Source: an uncultured Chitinophaga sp. (GTDB lineage Bacteria; Bacteroidota; Bacteroidia; Chitinophagales; CAIOSU01). Taken from it: a DNA stretch of 32,355 nucleotides. The stretch lies in NCBI GenBank assembly GCA_964476015.1, contig CAYYZT010000001.1, positions 1 to 32,355 of the forward strand. Direction: 5' to 3'. A model generated the notes under the pieces. The model ran no database searches. It was not told the DNA's origin and saw only the letters and a program-made list of their open reading frames with translations. The position numbers were made by a program, and so were the translations under genes. Below are positions 8,999-18,017 of this stretch, in pieces. Position 1 is the first letter of the stretch. Each line of letters starts with the position of its first letter.

Positions 8999-11900
8999 TG
9001 CAATAATTCTTTTAATAGGTTTACCACTGCCGCAATATTTGAAGTTCTGTTATTGCCAAGTTTCTTTTTCAAGGCAATTTTGATTTCCTCAATTTCGTGG
9101 TTCTTGTACTTTGGTATTCTTACAATTTTAGGGTCAATATTACTGAAAAACGCATCTATTTTCACCCCTATTATTTCTTCACTGCTTTCATCAATGTCGT
9201 CTTTTGAAAGGTTAGTAAGGCTATCCAATTCCAATATCATTGCCTTAAACTTTCCATATAACAATATCTCATCTTCATCCGTAAACACTTCGAGCGTCTT
9301 TCCGACAGTAGCCTGTGCTATGGAGTTGAGCCATGCCCTTTTGTCATCAAGCGCAGAATCAAGGCGTTGTATAAAGGTCTTTTGGTTAGCTAGAAGTAAA
9401 TGTTTTTGTAGGGTAGAAAAGCGATTTTGCAGGAGTTCTTTGTAATCTTCAAAATCAAGAGTTTTTCCGATAAATTCGTTACAGATAAACTCTTCAAATC
9501 TCTTAATTAACTCATCATAAGCCGTGCGCAGCTCTCGAACCGCACTTTGAATACTTACTGTATAACTCTGTAATTTCGACCGGTCTTGTAACAATACATT
9601 AAGCGAGGTGCCCAATGCATTAGGAAACGCCTCAAAAAACGTTTTCTCGGGGTCTTTACTGGTTGCTATTGCCTGACGAATTTTTAACGCAGCTGGAGAA
9701 AGACGTCTCGTTTGTTTGGTATATTCTGGCAATTGCTTGTAAAAAACCACGAATGGTTTTATCGTCTCAATAAATGATGTATTATCGAACTTTATCTCAG
9801 CGGATTGGTTAAGAAAGGCCCTATAGCTGTTGAAAATGTCCAGCTTTACGCCATCAATATCAAAGGCTTTAATTGAGAATTGATGAGGATACTTAGCAAT
9901 CAATTCCAAGTTTTCCTCTGACAGGTATGGTATATAACCATCTTCATTAAACATGGCGAAGTCATCTCGCTTCAGGAAAAGAAAGGTCGGCACCCAAAAA
10001 TCAATTAATCCTTGCTTTAATTTGAAGGGGCGTTTATTCAAAATCTTAACGAACTCAGAAATATGTTTCTGCTCAAACTTTGCGCTGCATATAAATTTTT
10101 CAGATATACTCCATAGCCTGAAAAACGAGGAGTTCTTATTGACCGCAACATTCGATGCATTGTCTCTAACAGGGGTTATGCCATTCTCTTTCAATAATGA
10201 AAGATAAATGGTTTTCTCAGGCGGGAACTTGGTTTCTTCAAATCCCAAATTTTCTTTGTCCCAACTATTAACCAATGCCTTAAAATAGTTTTTCTTGGCA
10301 GTATGAATTGAAGGGGAGATGCGGTGTTTGTTGACCAGTTCATTTTTGAAAACTGGGGTGGCACTATATACCAGCTCACAAACCTGGGAAAGGAGCTTAT
10401 TGAAGTCTTTCTTTTCGGCGATTACCTTTTTCTCACCCTTGAAAAACCATTGCACATCCTGACTGTCGGTGTAAATGCTGTCGGAAATGTAATGATTAAG
10501 CAACCGAATTTGGGAATCGATGATATTTTCCAGTTCCCTCTTTGCAACCCTATCCTCTTTATTCTCTTCGGTAACCTTTTGGATCTTTTCAATTTCGAAC
10601 AAGAGGTTTTTTATGTCTGCAGAATTTTTGAAGAAACAATATATAACTGCTTCCTTCTGATTTTTTGACACCTCCTGTATGTCGTCTACAGTAAGCTTAC
10701 CATTAAAAACAAGGTTGATAAAACCATCGATGTCACCGAGTGGGGCTTCCATGGTGATGGGATATTCTGAGATTTTAAATTCGAAATATCTAGGTGTGCC
10801 TTTCTCATAAGAAGATAGTTTGGCAAATACCGGAGCGAACTGAAAGTATCTGTTCAGTAGCGTGGTTATGTCGCTAACTTCTGAAATTTTATTCCCCGCT
10901 TCAATTAGGGCCGTTTGGATATCTAAATCCGTTCCTTCGAATAGAATATAACGCTGGCTATGAGAGCGAAAACGAATGATGCTTTTATCTTCAAGACTCT
11001 TTAAGATATAAGGGCTATCGTGGATGCCACAAGCAAACTTGAGGTAATTGCTAAGGAATTGTTTATCAATTATGGAGCCTGTGGGTGAAAAAACATTCAA
11101 TAAACCTATGGTTTTTACTGCTTTGATGTGGTCGTTTATTAAGGAGGTAAATGTTCTTTCAATGTTTTCTATTGCAGACCGAATAGAGCTCCATGCCGAA
11201 AAATCAGGATTGTATTTGGAGGTAAGGAATGAATAGTAGTTAAAGTTTAGGTAATCATAAACACAGCCTAGGTTGAAGAAGGGATTTTCCTGTTTATTAT
11301 ATCTTGTCAGGCCGGTATGGTCGGTTGATTCTAAAAAAGTAAATAGTGATCTTTCATTTTGTCCATAGCGCTGTAGAGCAAGCGTAAGGGTAGTTGCAGC
11401 AAGAACATCCAATGGAAAGAGCTTGATAGCAATCTCATTTAAATAATTACTATTGATGTTGAATGCTTTTGCTGAAATCGCAAGCTGTAGGCATCTCTCA
11501 ATAGCGGAGGCAGAAGGTTTAACTTCGAGATTGGAGGAAACATGTTCGGATGCCAAAAACAGAAGCTGCTCGACGGGTTCGTTAAAAGTGATTTCGCGAA
11601 AACGCCCTTTTACCTTTGTCCATTCTTGCTTCTGTGTGCCACTTAGAGAATAAGCATAGGATTCAAAACTTTGATGAACCGTAGTAATTAATACGATATT
11701 ATGCTTCGGGTTGTTACAGAACTCAGCCAATTGCTGGACGAAATACAACTCATTTTCAGGATTGTGCTTGCTTGCATATTCTAAGAACTTGCCAAATTCG
11801 TCTATGAATAAAAAGAGAATACTGTTGTCTTTTCCTAGAGCGTGATACCTGTTAAAAACTCCCGAAAAGACATTCTCCTGCCTGTTCTTCTGTGTCTCTA

Positions 11901-12213
11901 CATCAAACATGTCAGCAAACTGCTCCTCGATTGAGGAATATGAGCCAACCACCTTTATGAATTCAATTTTAGGGTCAGCCATAAAGTTTGGCTCAAAATA
12001 TCGCTTCCTTCCTAAGAGACTTTGTTCCAACGCTAATAAAAAAGAAGACTTACCCGTTCCGTATGTGCCCACAATACTGAACGAACGAATTCCCTTCTTG
12101 AAATCGTTAACTATCTGGCTTACTACCTGCCCTGCATTGGGGGTCGGGATATAGTGGAAATCCCTTTCGGCATCTCTAAGGATATTAACCGATGTGGAAT
12201 AATTATTTGCCAT
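8995..12213 (-). CDS. sspC: Large P-loop ATPase, SspC-like
   Basis: Walker A is IVGTYGTGKSSFLLAL and Walker B is ILFLFIDEFGKF. The gene lies between the DUF4007-like and PAPS-reductase genes, as in ssp clusters. I do not recognise the roughly 850 aa beyond the ATPase domain. Confidence 0.7.
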   Translation of the reverse strand: MANNYSTSVNILRDAERDFHYIPTPNAGQVVSQIVNDFKKGIRSFSIVGTYGTGKSSFLLALEQSLLGRKRYFEPNFMADPKIEFIKVVGSYSSIEEQFADMFDVETQKNRQENVFSGVFNRYHALGKDNSILFLFIDEFGKFLEYASKHNPENELYFVQQLAEFCNNPKHNIVLITTVHQSFESYAYSLSGTQKQEWTKVKGRFREITFNEPVEQLLFLASEHVSSNLEVKPSASAIERCLQLAISAKAFNINSNYLNEIAIKLFPLDVLAATTLTLALQRYGQNERSLFTFLESTDHTGLTRYNKQENPFFNLGCVYDYLNFNYYSFLTSKYNPDFSAWSSIRSAIENIERTFTSLINDHIKAVKTIGLLNVFSPTGSIIDKQFLSNYLKFACGIHDSPYILKSLEDKSIIRFRSHSQRYILFEGTDLDIQTALIEAGNKISEVSDITTLLNRYFQFAPVFAKLSSYEKGTPRYFEFKISEYPITMEAPLGDIDGFINLVFNGKLTVDDIQEVSKNQKEAVIYCFFKNSADIKNLLFEIEKIQKVTEENKEDRVAKRELENIIDSQIRLLNHYISDSIYTDSQDVQWFFKGEKKVIAEKKDFNKLLSQVCELVYSATPVFKNELVNKHRISPSIHTAKKNYFKALVNSWDKENLGFEETKFPPEKTIYLSLLKENGITPVRDNASNVAVNKNSSFFRLWSISEKFICSAKFEQKHISEFVKILNKRPFKLKQGLIDFWVPTFLFLKRDDFAMFNEDGYIPYLSEENLELIAKYPHQFSIKAFDIDGVKLDIFNSYRAFLNQSAEIKFDNTSFIETIKPFVVFYKQLPEYTKQTRRLSPAALKIRQAIATSKDPEKTFFEAFPNALGTSLNVLLQDRSKLQSYTVSIQSAVRELRTAYDELIKRFEEFICNEFIGKTLDFEDYKELLQNRFSTLQKHLLLANQKTFIQRLDSALDDKRAWLNSIAQATVGKTLEVFTDEDEILLYGKFKAMILELDSLTNLSKDDIDESSEEIIGVKIDAFFSNIDPKIVRIPKYKNHEIEEIKIALKKKLGNNRTSNIAAVVNLLKELLQ

Positions 12214-13099
12214 AGTATTCGTCGAGGATTAAGTATGCGTTTGGCTTGTTCTTGAACTGTAATTCCTTTATACCTGCATGGTCAGTGAACGTTATCCCAC
12301 TATTTTTTTGCACAACTTCATTGATTTTATTAACTAAGCCTATGCGGTTGAGGGCAAATATTGATCCTGGACTATTCGAGTCAAACTCTAAAGAATTCAA
12401 ACTAATGGAATTGCTATAGCTGGGATTATCTAAAATGGAATAAAGTATAACTACTGCCGGTAGGTTATCTCTTTCATTATTTTCAATCTGGAATTGCTCA
12501 TCCTTACCTTTTCCGATTGTTTTAAGTAGGTTTATTTCGGACAAAATTCCCGAGAAACTATCTTCCACGTCATTACTTTGATTGTCGGCCTTGTAAGTGT
12601 TTACAAACACATTAAAATCCTTTGCAACAGTATTTTCATTGAAACTGATTTCAGCATCAGACTCTTGTAGCCTTTTCAGATAATTCAAAAAGGTTTCTCT
12701 CGTAAAAAATAGTTTCTCCTTCCTGAATTCGTTAAAGACAATACTATAAATAGACGCTAATTCGGTTTTGACAAGCTGATAATGTAACAACCACAAACTT
12801 GCTTCATCTTCTAAATAAGGATCATAGCCCACTTCTTCGTCAAATAACCTTTTTCCAAATTCTGTAGGGATGTCCTTATTGTTGATAATATTAAATGCCT
12901 TCATCCAATATCGAATAGCTGCTACCATATTCTTTCCAACACCTAGCTTTACAACAGCATCTTCATCATTAAAAGACTTTTGCTCTTGTACATAATCATA
13001 TCCCTTTTTGAGCCAAAGTTGACGACATTGAAAAGAATCGTGGCCCGAGAATGTATATTTAAGTATATCTAAACTCACTGTATTTATTTTACTCGTCAT
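12203..13099 (-). CDS. sspB: DUF4007-like protein, SspB-like (reported nickase of Ssp systems)
   Basis: The N-terminal motif FSGHDSFQCRQLWLKKGYDY matches the F-x-G-H-E/D-x-F...R..WL.K signature I associate with DUF4007. It is the first gene of the operon. Confidence 0.7.
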   Translation of the reverse strand: MTSKINTVSLDILKYTFSGHDSFQCRQLWLKKGYDYVQEQKSFNDEDAVVKLGVGKNMVAAIRYWMKAFNIINNKDIPTEFGKRLFDEEVGYDPYLEDEASLWLLHYQLVKTELASIYSIVFNEFRKEKLFFTRETFLNYLKRLQESDAEISFNENTVAKDFNVFVNTYKADNQSNDVEDSFSGILSEINLLKTIGKGKDEQFQIENNERDNLPAVVILYSILDNPSYSNSISLNSLEFDSNSPGSIFALNRIGLVNKINEVVQKNSGITFTDHAGIKELQFKNKPNAYLILDEYYGK

Positions 13100-13444
13100 C
13101 TTTTGATGAAACTTGTAGTTTTAAACCATTCAGAATACAAGACATAATTATAATCAAATAGTGCTTCTTTTCTAGCCATCCCGCTAGTTTACTATTGGAA
13201 TAACTATCAGAACCTGCTTCGATTTTGATAAAAAAATTAGCAGCAGAAGATAATCCTAATTAAGTAAAGTTACCAACAATGTAGCAACTTAAGTTGTCTT
13301 AAGAGTAAAACTTATAAAGATGCAGTGTTGAAAAGTAACTTCATTATTACGTCGTCTTTCCACGCGCATCAAGCTTGGCTCAATCGGTCTTCTGTTTGTC
13401 TGTTCCGCCCATGCCCAGTGAGTCACAAAGTTATTTTGTTGCTC

Positions 13445-13574
13445 GCGGGTGAAATGGATGTGCAAGAAATGCTCCTGCGGATTCCTACTTGCACACCCGC
13501 TCCCAACTAACTTTTTGGTGCCTACACAGGGCATAAGCGCTTTAGCGCATGCTCTCTTTTCTTAACACCAAAAA
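13445..13574 (+). promoter_or_regulatory. Two large stem-loops immediately upstream of the ArdC-side operon (candidate leader, ssDNA promoter or oriT-type structure)
   Basis: The first is a nested pair: GCGGGTG 13445-13451 with CACCCGC 13494-13500, and GTGCAAG 13460-13466 with CTTGCAC 13488-13494. The second is TTTTTGGTG 13512-13520 with CACCAAAAA 13566-13574, enclosing the palindromes AAGCGCTT and GCATGC. The structure ends 11 nt before the ATG at 13586. Confidence 0.35.
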
Positions 13575-13585
13575 CCCTTTCAGCC

Positions 13586-13981
13586 ATGAAAGAAAAACAG
13601 AACGGCACCCACACAGCTGCCACCCCCGCAAAGGCGGACGACAAGAAAGTAATTTCTAACGGCAGCCCTGCGCCACAGCCCCCGACCGTGGAGTTTGTGC
13701 AAGCGGACACCAAGCCCGAGGAACTGGCCAAGGAACGGCTGGCCAAAAAGGTAAAGCTTGAGACCCTCTACGAGGACATCGAGCAACTGGAGGAGGCGGT
13801 AAAGGAATTTGATTCCATCCAATCCTACGGCGAAGTGACCGTGATTATCCAGTGCGGGGGCAGCAACCGTTTTAAGACAAGCCGTCAGGACACCGTGTCC
13901 GCAGGGCTGGAAGCCCTCGGAACGAGCATCAAGGCAAAGCTTGCCCTTGCGTACCGCCAATTGGGCGATTTCCAGTTTTAA
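13586..13981 (+). CDS. Hypothetical protein (first gene of the ArdC-side operon)
   Basis: A 131-aa ORF with a plausible protein composition: a low-complexity N-terminus followed by a charged helical segment. It is co-oriented with ardC, 48 nt upstream of it. The overlapping minus-strand ORFs look like shadow ORFs. Confidence 0.55.
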   Translation: MKEKQNGTHTAATPAKADDKKVISNGSPAPQPPTVEFVQADTKPEELAKERLAKKVKLETLYEDIEQLEEAVKEFDSIQSYGEVTVIIQCGGSNRFKTSRQDTVSAGLEALGTSIKAKLALAYRQLGDFQF

Positions 13982-14029
13982 CCTATTCCATCACAGGGGG
14001 CGGGATAACCGCCCCCAAACTTCTTTGTT

Positions 14030-14932
14030 ATGGCAACGACAGTAACCAAAATAAACGTGCGGGATATTGTTTCCTCGCACATATTCGAGACGATTGAAGC
14101 CTTGCTTGCACAGGGCAATAAAATCGAATGGCAACGCCCTTGGTCGGTGGATAGCTCCATAGGCGCACCGTACAACCTCGGTACGAACCGCCCTTACTCC
14201 CGTTCCAATTTCCTGATACTGCAAATGCAGCTTATGCTGAAGGGCTACGGACACAACGCATGGCTCACCTTTAAACAGGTTCAGCAGTTCGGAGGGCATG
14301 TGCGCAAGGGCGAGAAAGGAACGCCCATTGTCTTTTTCCGAAAGACCAAGGAGGAAAAGGACGACCCGGACACGAGCGAGGCGGTAACGGAAACCAAGAG
14401 CCTTTTGAGGTATTATGTGGTGTTCAACTTCGCACAGGTGGAAGGGCTGAACATAGCACCCACCGAACAGGAAAAGCCGACCGTGAAATTTGCGACCGTG
14501 GAGGAACTGGAGCAGATGGTTCGTAACGCGGGCGCAAGCATCGAGCACATTGCCCAGGACAGGGCATATTACAACGTAACAATGGACAAGATTGTGATGC
14601 CACTATTGGAGCAGTTCCAAGGTTCGGACGGTTATTATTCTACCTTGTTCCATGAGCTTTCGCATTGGACGGGCCATGCCTCAAGGCTTAACCGTGGTTT
14701 AAACCTTACCCTTCGTAAAAAGCCAAGCCAATATGCCTACGAGGAATTGGTGGCGGAACTGGCAAGCGTGTTCCTTTCGCAGGAACTGGGCTACCAAACA
14801 GCCGAGCTTTCCCAAAACTCTGCCGTGTACCTTTCGCATTACTACGAACTGTTAAAGGAGAACAAAACCGCTTTCCTTTCCGCAGCTTGGGCAGCGGGAA
14901 GGGCTGCGGATTATCTTTTGAGGTTTAGGTAA
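14030..14932 (+). CDS. ardC: ArdC-like anti-restriction protein (N-terminal ssDNA-binding domain plus zincin metallopeptidase)
   Basis: The N-terminal hallmark motifs are WQRPW and TFKQVQQFGGHVRKGEKGTPIVFF. The C-terminal HExxH motif is LFHELSHWTGH. Confidence 0.85.
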   Translation: MATTVTKINVRDIVSSHIFETIEALLAQGNKIEWQRPWSVDSSIGAPYNLGTNRPYSRSNFLILQMQLMLKGYGHNAWLTFKQVQQFGGHVRKGEKGTPIVFFRKTKEEKDDPDTSEAVTETKSLLRYYVVFNFAQVEGLNIAPTEQEKPTVKFATVEELEQMVRNAGASIEHIAQDRAYYNVTMDKIVMPLLEQFQGSDGYYSTLFHELSHWTGHASRLNRGLNLTLRKKPSQYAYEELVAELASVFLSQELGYQTAELSQNSAVYLSHYYELLKENKTAFLSAAWAAGRAADYLLRFR

Positions 14933-14952
14933 TACAGTATCGCCCTATCCAG

Positions 14953-14985
14953 CGCCATGTCCTTGAACCGAGGGCATGGCGTTTT
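14953..14985 (+). terminator. Rho-independent terminator after ardC
   Basis: CGCCATGTCC (14953-14962) pairs with GGGCATGGCG (14972-14981), including one G-U pair. The stem is followed by TTTT. Confidence 0.7.
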
Positions 14986-14995
14986 GGTGCGCGCC

Positions 14996-15030
14996 CTTCT
15001 TTTTCTGGGTAACGCCGCCAGAAAAAGAAG
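14996..15030. repeat. Perfect 13-bp inverted repeat (hairpin)
   Basis: CTTCTTTTTCTGG (14996-15008) and CCAGAAAAAGAAG (15018-15030) are separated by a 9-nt loop. No T-tract follows on either strand. Confidence 0.6.
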
Positions 15031-15287
15031 CAAAAAGAACGACGGGGGCCTTCTCCCAATAAAAGAGCGCTCTAGGAAAAAGGCTAACCTAGAACGCTCC
15101 GGTCTCCGCACGGGAGGCTAAAAATTACAGCTAATCTTGAAATCGCCGGGCCACGCTCACGAGACTTGGAGTTCTCTTTGCAAGAAAATCCAAGACCCGT
15201 TCGCTGGCGCTTGAAAGAGTTTTACAAAATTCAGCCTTGCTAAAGCAAGACATCAGTTTTGACAACCCTTTCGTTAAAGCCAACCAT

Positions 15288-15848
15288 TTAATACCTTTTC
15301 TTTTTTTCGACAATCTTTGAAATACGCCATCCATCATCATACTTGTTAAAGGTTGCATCAACAGTAAATGTCTCTGGCACTATTCTTTTCACTTCACCAA
15401 AGGGACTAACGCTATCGAATACGACGGTGTATTCCACCAACATTTCATTCTCATTTATGGGTTTTACACCCGTTATTTCAATGAATGATTCGACACCGGA
15501 AACAACATCGACAACTTTTGCCGTTCTATCAATATAAGGCTCTGATAGCACATACTGTTTCCCCTCTTCAGTGAAATCAATGCTAACCCCTCTATTCATG
15601 CTATTTCCATAAAGCGTATATGTAAGTATCCCCTTATCCTGTAGCTTGTGATAAACGCTTGTCTCAAAGGGACTATCAACAAAGAACTTATAAGTGCGGT
15701 TACGCGGGTATCCTTGATCTTTTATGATTATTTGCTCTGCTTTCGAACGCGTTAGCTCATCGGAACATGAAGTCAAAAGAATGGTGCTCAATATGAGGAG
15801 AAGCACCGAAGTGGTTTTGTAGACTGAAATACGAAGTTGGTAGCTCAT
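15288..15848 (-). CDS. Lipoprotein, function unknown
   Basis: It has a signal peptide with a lipobox (LLILSTILLTSC). Confidence 0.65.
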   Translation of the reverse strand: MSYQLRISVYKTTSVLLLILSTILLTSCSDELTRSKAEQIIIKDQGYPRNRTYKFFVDSPFETSVYHKLQDKGILTYTLYGNSMNRGVSIDFTEEGKQYVLSEPYIDRTAKVVDVVSGVESFIEITGVKPINENEMLVEYTVVFDSVSPFGEVKRIVPETFTVDATFNKYDDGWRISKIVEKKKRY

Positions 15849-15868
15849 AAGGCAGTTTTAGAGTGAGG

Positions 15869-16417
15869 TTAATTTTTTACTTTCGGATGCCTCAGTTTTA
15901 GGTTTAGAAAGTCTCTTTCGGATATATAGGTGTATATTTTGTCGTTGAGAATAATGGTACCCCCTGTCACCTCGATGGAATCTGTTACGTCGCCTTTTAA
16001 CTCTTCATGATACTGGGCTATTATGGCGCAAAACCGCTCCATGTATCTTCTTTGCAGCACCATCATGGCATCATACTCCGATACAGTAATCTCCATCTCC
16101 GCTTTCCATTTTTGTATAAAGCCTGATAAAGCTTGTTCTTGCTCTGCTGTAAGTGCAGCCATTTCAGTTAAATATGCCTCGGGATAGATTTTGGGCTTTG
16201 ACCAAAGCTTGATTGTACCATTGCCTTTTTCCCAAATCCCGTGGTTGTTGGGTGGGAACTCGCCATAGTTGTGAGCACTATGATAATTGAGCCAAACACC
16301 ATCTTCCCTAAAGACAAACAATTTCTTGCCATTTTGATAGAAATGCTTTTGGACACGAGCATCTCCAAAGGACAACGTAAGTAATGCGACGCACAATAAC
16401 ATTATTACAGCTTTCAT
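15869..16417 (-). CDS. Secreted protein, function unknown
   Basis: It has an N-terminal signal peptide (MKAVIMLLCVALLTLSFG). Confidence 0.6.
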   Translation of the reverse strand: MKAVIMLLCVALLTLSFGDARVQKHFYQNGKKLFVFREDGVWLNYHSAHNYGEFPPNNHGIWEKGNGTIKLWSKPKIYPEAYLTEMAALTAEQEQALSGFIQKWKAEMEITVSEYDAMMVLQRRYMERFCAIIAQYHEELKGDVTDSIEVTGGTIILNDKIYTYISERDFLNLKLRHPKVKN

Positions 16418-16462
16418 GATGGAGGGCGTTTTGGTTATAGTAAAAGGCTTGTTTTTTTGCAG

Positions 16463-16666
16463 TTAATTAGTAGTTTCAGTGCATACCGCACCCATGTTTC
16501 GATAGCTTTTGACCAGCCTCTTAAACTCTTTTTTACTATACTGATCTTCGCAGAATACTTCCCAGTCCCCATATGGGAAATCACAATGGTAACAAGTATT
16601 GCTTTTAGAACATGACGAGGCCAGACCAATTAATAGTCCGAGGCTTAGAATAACAATAGGTTTCAT
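16463..16666 (-). CDS. Small lipoprotein
   Basis: It has a signal peptide and lipobox (ILSLGLLIGLASSC), and the 67-aa product is Cys-rich. Confidence 0.55.
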   Translation of the reverse strand: MKPIVILSLGLLIGLASSCSKSNTCYHCDFPYGDWEVFCEDQYSKKEFKRLVKSYRNMGAVCTETTN

Positions 16667-16713
16667 GGTAACGGGTTTAGTTGAAGAATTGAAATCAAAA
16701 TACGAAAGGTAAA

Positions 16714-16731
16714 TATAGCACTTGTGCTATA
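16714..16731. promoter_or_regulatory. Candidate operator palindrome upstream of the XRE regulator
   Basis: TATAGCAC-TT-GTGCTATA is a perfect pair of 8-bp arms, 34 nt upstream of the HTH gene start. It overlaps a TATAAT-like hexamer. Confidence 0.4.
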
Positions 16732-16764
16732 ATATTCAAATTCTTTTTTGCTCAATTTTCCTGT

Positions 16765-17016
16765 GTGGAAAACAGGAAGCTAATTTTTGATGAGGAGGGT
16801 CTGCGCTTGTTTGCCGAGACCTTGAAGACTGTAAGGAAAAGTAAAGGTGTAACCCAAGAGGAGCTTTCCAATAAATCCGGCTTGACCCTAAGCCAAATCG
16901 CACGGATAGAAACCGTGCGTATTAATCCCACCTTGAGTACCGTGTTTAGGCTTTGCCGGGCGTTGGAGATTGAACCTGTGGAGTTGTTTGAACAAGTCAC
17001 GTTAGGGGTTCGATAA
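16765..17016 (+). CDS. XRE-family helix-turn-helix transcriptional regulator
   Basis: The HTH core is GVTQEELSNKSGLTLSQIARIE, followed by NPTLSTVFRLCRALEIEP. Confidence 0.8.
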   Translation: MENRKLIFDEEGLRLFAETLKTVRKSKGVTQEELSNKSGLTLSQIARIETVRINPTLSTVFRLCRALEIEPVELFEQVTLGVR

Positions 17017-17102
17017 AATTTTCAGCCTGTTTGCAATTATTCTGAAACTTTTATTGTAAAATATTCTATTATATTTATTTGCCGCCTAAATTCCATAATT
17101 AA

Positions 17103-17948
17103 GTGAATAGTGCTATGGATTGGATATTTATTTTTACTATTTGCGCTGTGACTCTTCTGCAAACTTCTTTATTCATCTATTGGATAAGAAATAATAAAAA
17201 AGACTCAGGAAGAAGTCATTGGCCTTATTCAGTAATGATTACAACTTTAGGCATATGTGTATGTAATGTATTAACGTTTTGCGCATCGTTGTTCTTTGAT
17301 AATAACGCTAGTAATCATGCCAATTTTCAGATTGCAAATACTAAGCTTGTTGCTGGAAAAATTGCTTACAGCATACCTGACACTATGGAGCTAGGCGAAA
17401 ATTATAAAGCCACCGTTAGTATAGCACAGTCTTTAAATGATAGTATTTTACTCAAGAGTTTGGATAGCAATATTGTTTTCAAAATTGAACATATTTATGC
17501 ATCTGATGTAGTGAAAGCACACTTGGTTGATCCTACTAATGAGCGTTTTAGTATAGTTCCTCTGAGCACAGAGGAACAAGTTCTTAGTGACAGGACTAAC
17601 TCGATTTGGAATTGGAATATTCGCGCGTTAAAAGACGGTGAAAATGAGATAAGTATACGCGTAACAATAAAGTATAAAGGCGAATTGCAATCAGGTTATA
17701 AAGACATACCCATTTTTACAAAATCAATATTTGTTAAGTCATCCGCGGCTTATGTTGCAAAAAATGTGTTCTATAATTACTGGCAGTGGTTTATTTCCGT
17801 TCTTATCTTACCCCCATTAATTTGGGCAATACGGATATTATTCATGTCATTCCAAAAGAAAAATAATGGTAAGGTAGTGGTCAGAGGTTTTAGAAAAAAA
17901 CTGACATGTTTTTATAATAATATTTACCCGCTTTGCGGGGCAAGATAG
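17103..17948 (+). CDS. Membrane protein of unknown function (AT-rich cargo gene)
   Basis: Two N-terminal TM helices and one C-terminal TM helix flank a beta-rich soluble domain. The track start is GTG at 17103, and the first ATG is at 17115. The gene is visibly more AT-rich than its neighbours. Confidence 0.6.
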   Translation: MNSAMDWIFIFTICAVTLLQTSLFIYWIRNNKKDSGRSHWPYSVMITTLGICVCNVLTFCASLFFDNNASNHANFQIANTKLVAGKIAYSIPDTMELGENYKATVSIAQSLNDSILLKSLDSNIVFKIEHIYASDVVKAHLVDPTNERFSIVPLSTEEQVLSDRTNSIWNWNIRALKDGENEISIRVTIKYKGELQSGYKDIPIFTKSIFVKSSAAYVAKNVFYNYWQWFISVLILPPLIWAIRILFMSFQKKNNGKVVVRGFRKKLTCFYNNIYPLCGAR

Positions 17949-18017
17949 CTTTCGGACAGTCTTACAATTTCATTGAGACACCGAAAGCGATCTTGGCAGG
18001 AGTACCTGCACCCTTTA

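Noticed and set aside
8981-12154. Several plus-strand ORFs (62-154 aa) lying antisense to sspC and sspD. Examples are 8981-9445, 9953-10207, 10324-10668, 11048-11236, 11453-11653 and 11909-12154.
   Set aside because: All are nested inside long minus-strand genes that carry clear motifs. They have no motifs of their own and an implausible composition.
13210-13217. A possible att-type repeat of the tRNA-Val 3' half. GAACCTGC is shared between 13210-13217 and 31459-31466.
   Set aside because: Only 8 nt match and the flanks diverge, which is what chance would produce in 32 kb. It is not usable as an island boundary.
13289-14548. Overlapping ORFs on both strands: 13289-13534, 13325-13510, 13522-13746, 13580-13960, 13978-14175 and 13991-14548.
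   Set aside because: GC-richer DNA generates long spurious frames. The plus-strand genes 13586-13981 and 14030-14932 (the latter with ArdC motifs) explain the region. The 13289-13534 ORFs cover hairpin-rich sequence that is probably non-coding.
14911-15361. Two minus-strand ORFs, 14911-15111 (66 aa, Arg/Leu/Phe-rich) and 15131-15361 (76 aa).
   Set aside because: The first spans the ardC terminator and the 13-bp inverted repeat. The second overlaps the end of the lipoprotein gene in another frame. Neither has motifs or coupling signals.
16168-16629. Two minus-strand ORFs, 16168-16368 and 16435-16629.
   Set aside because: They are alternative frames that overlap the better-supported signal-peptide and lipoprotein genes (15869-16417 and 16463-16666).
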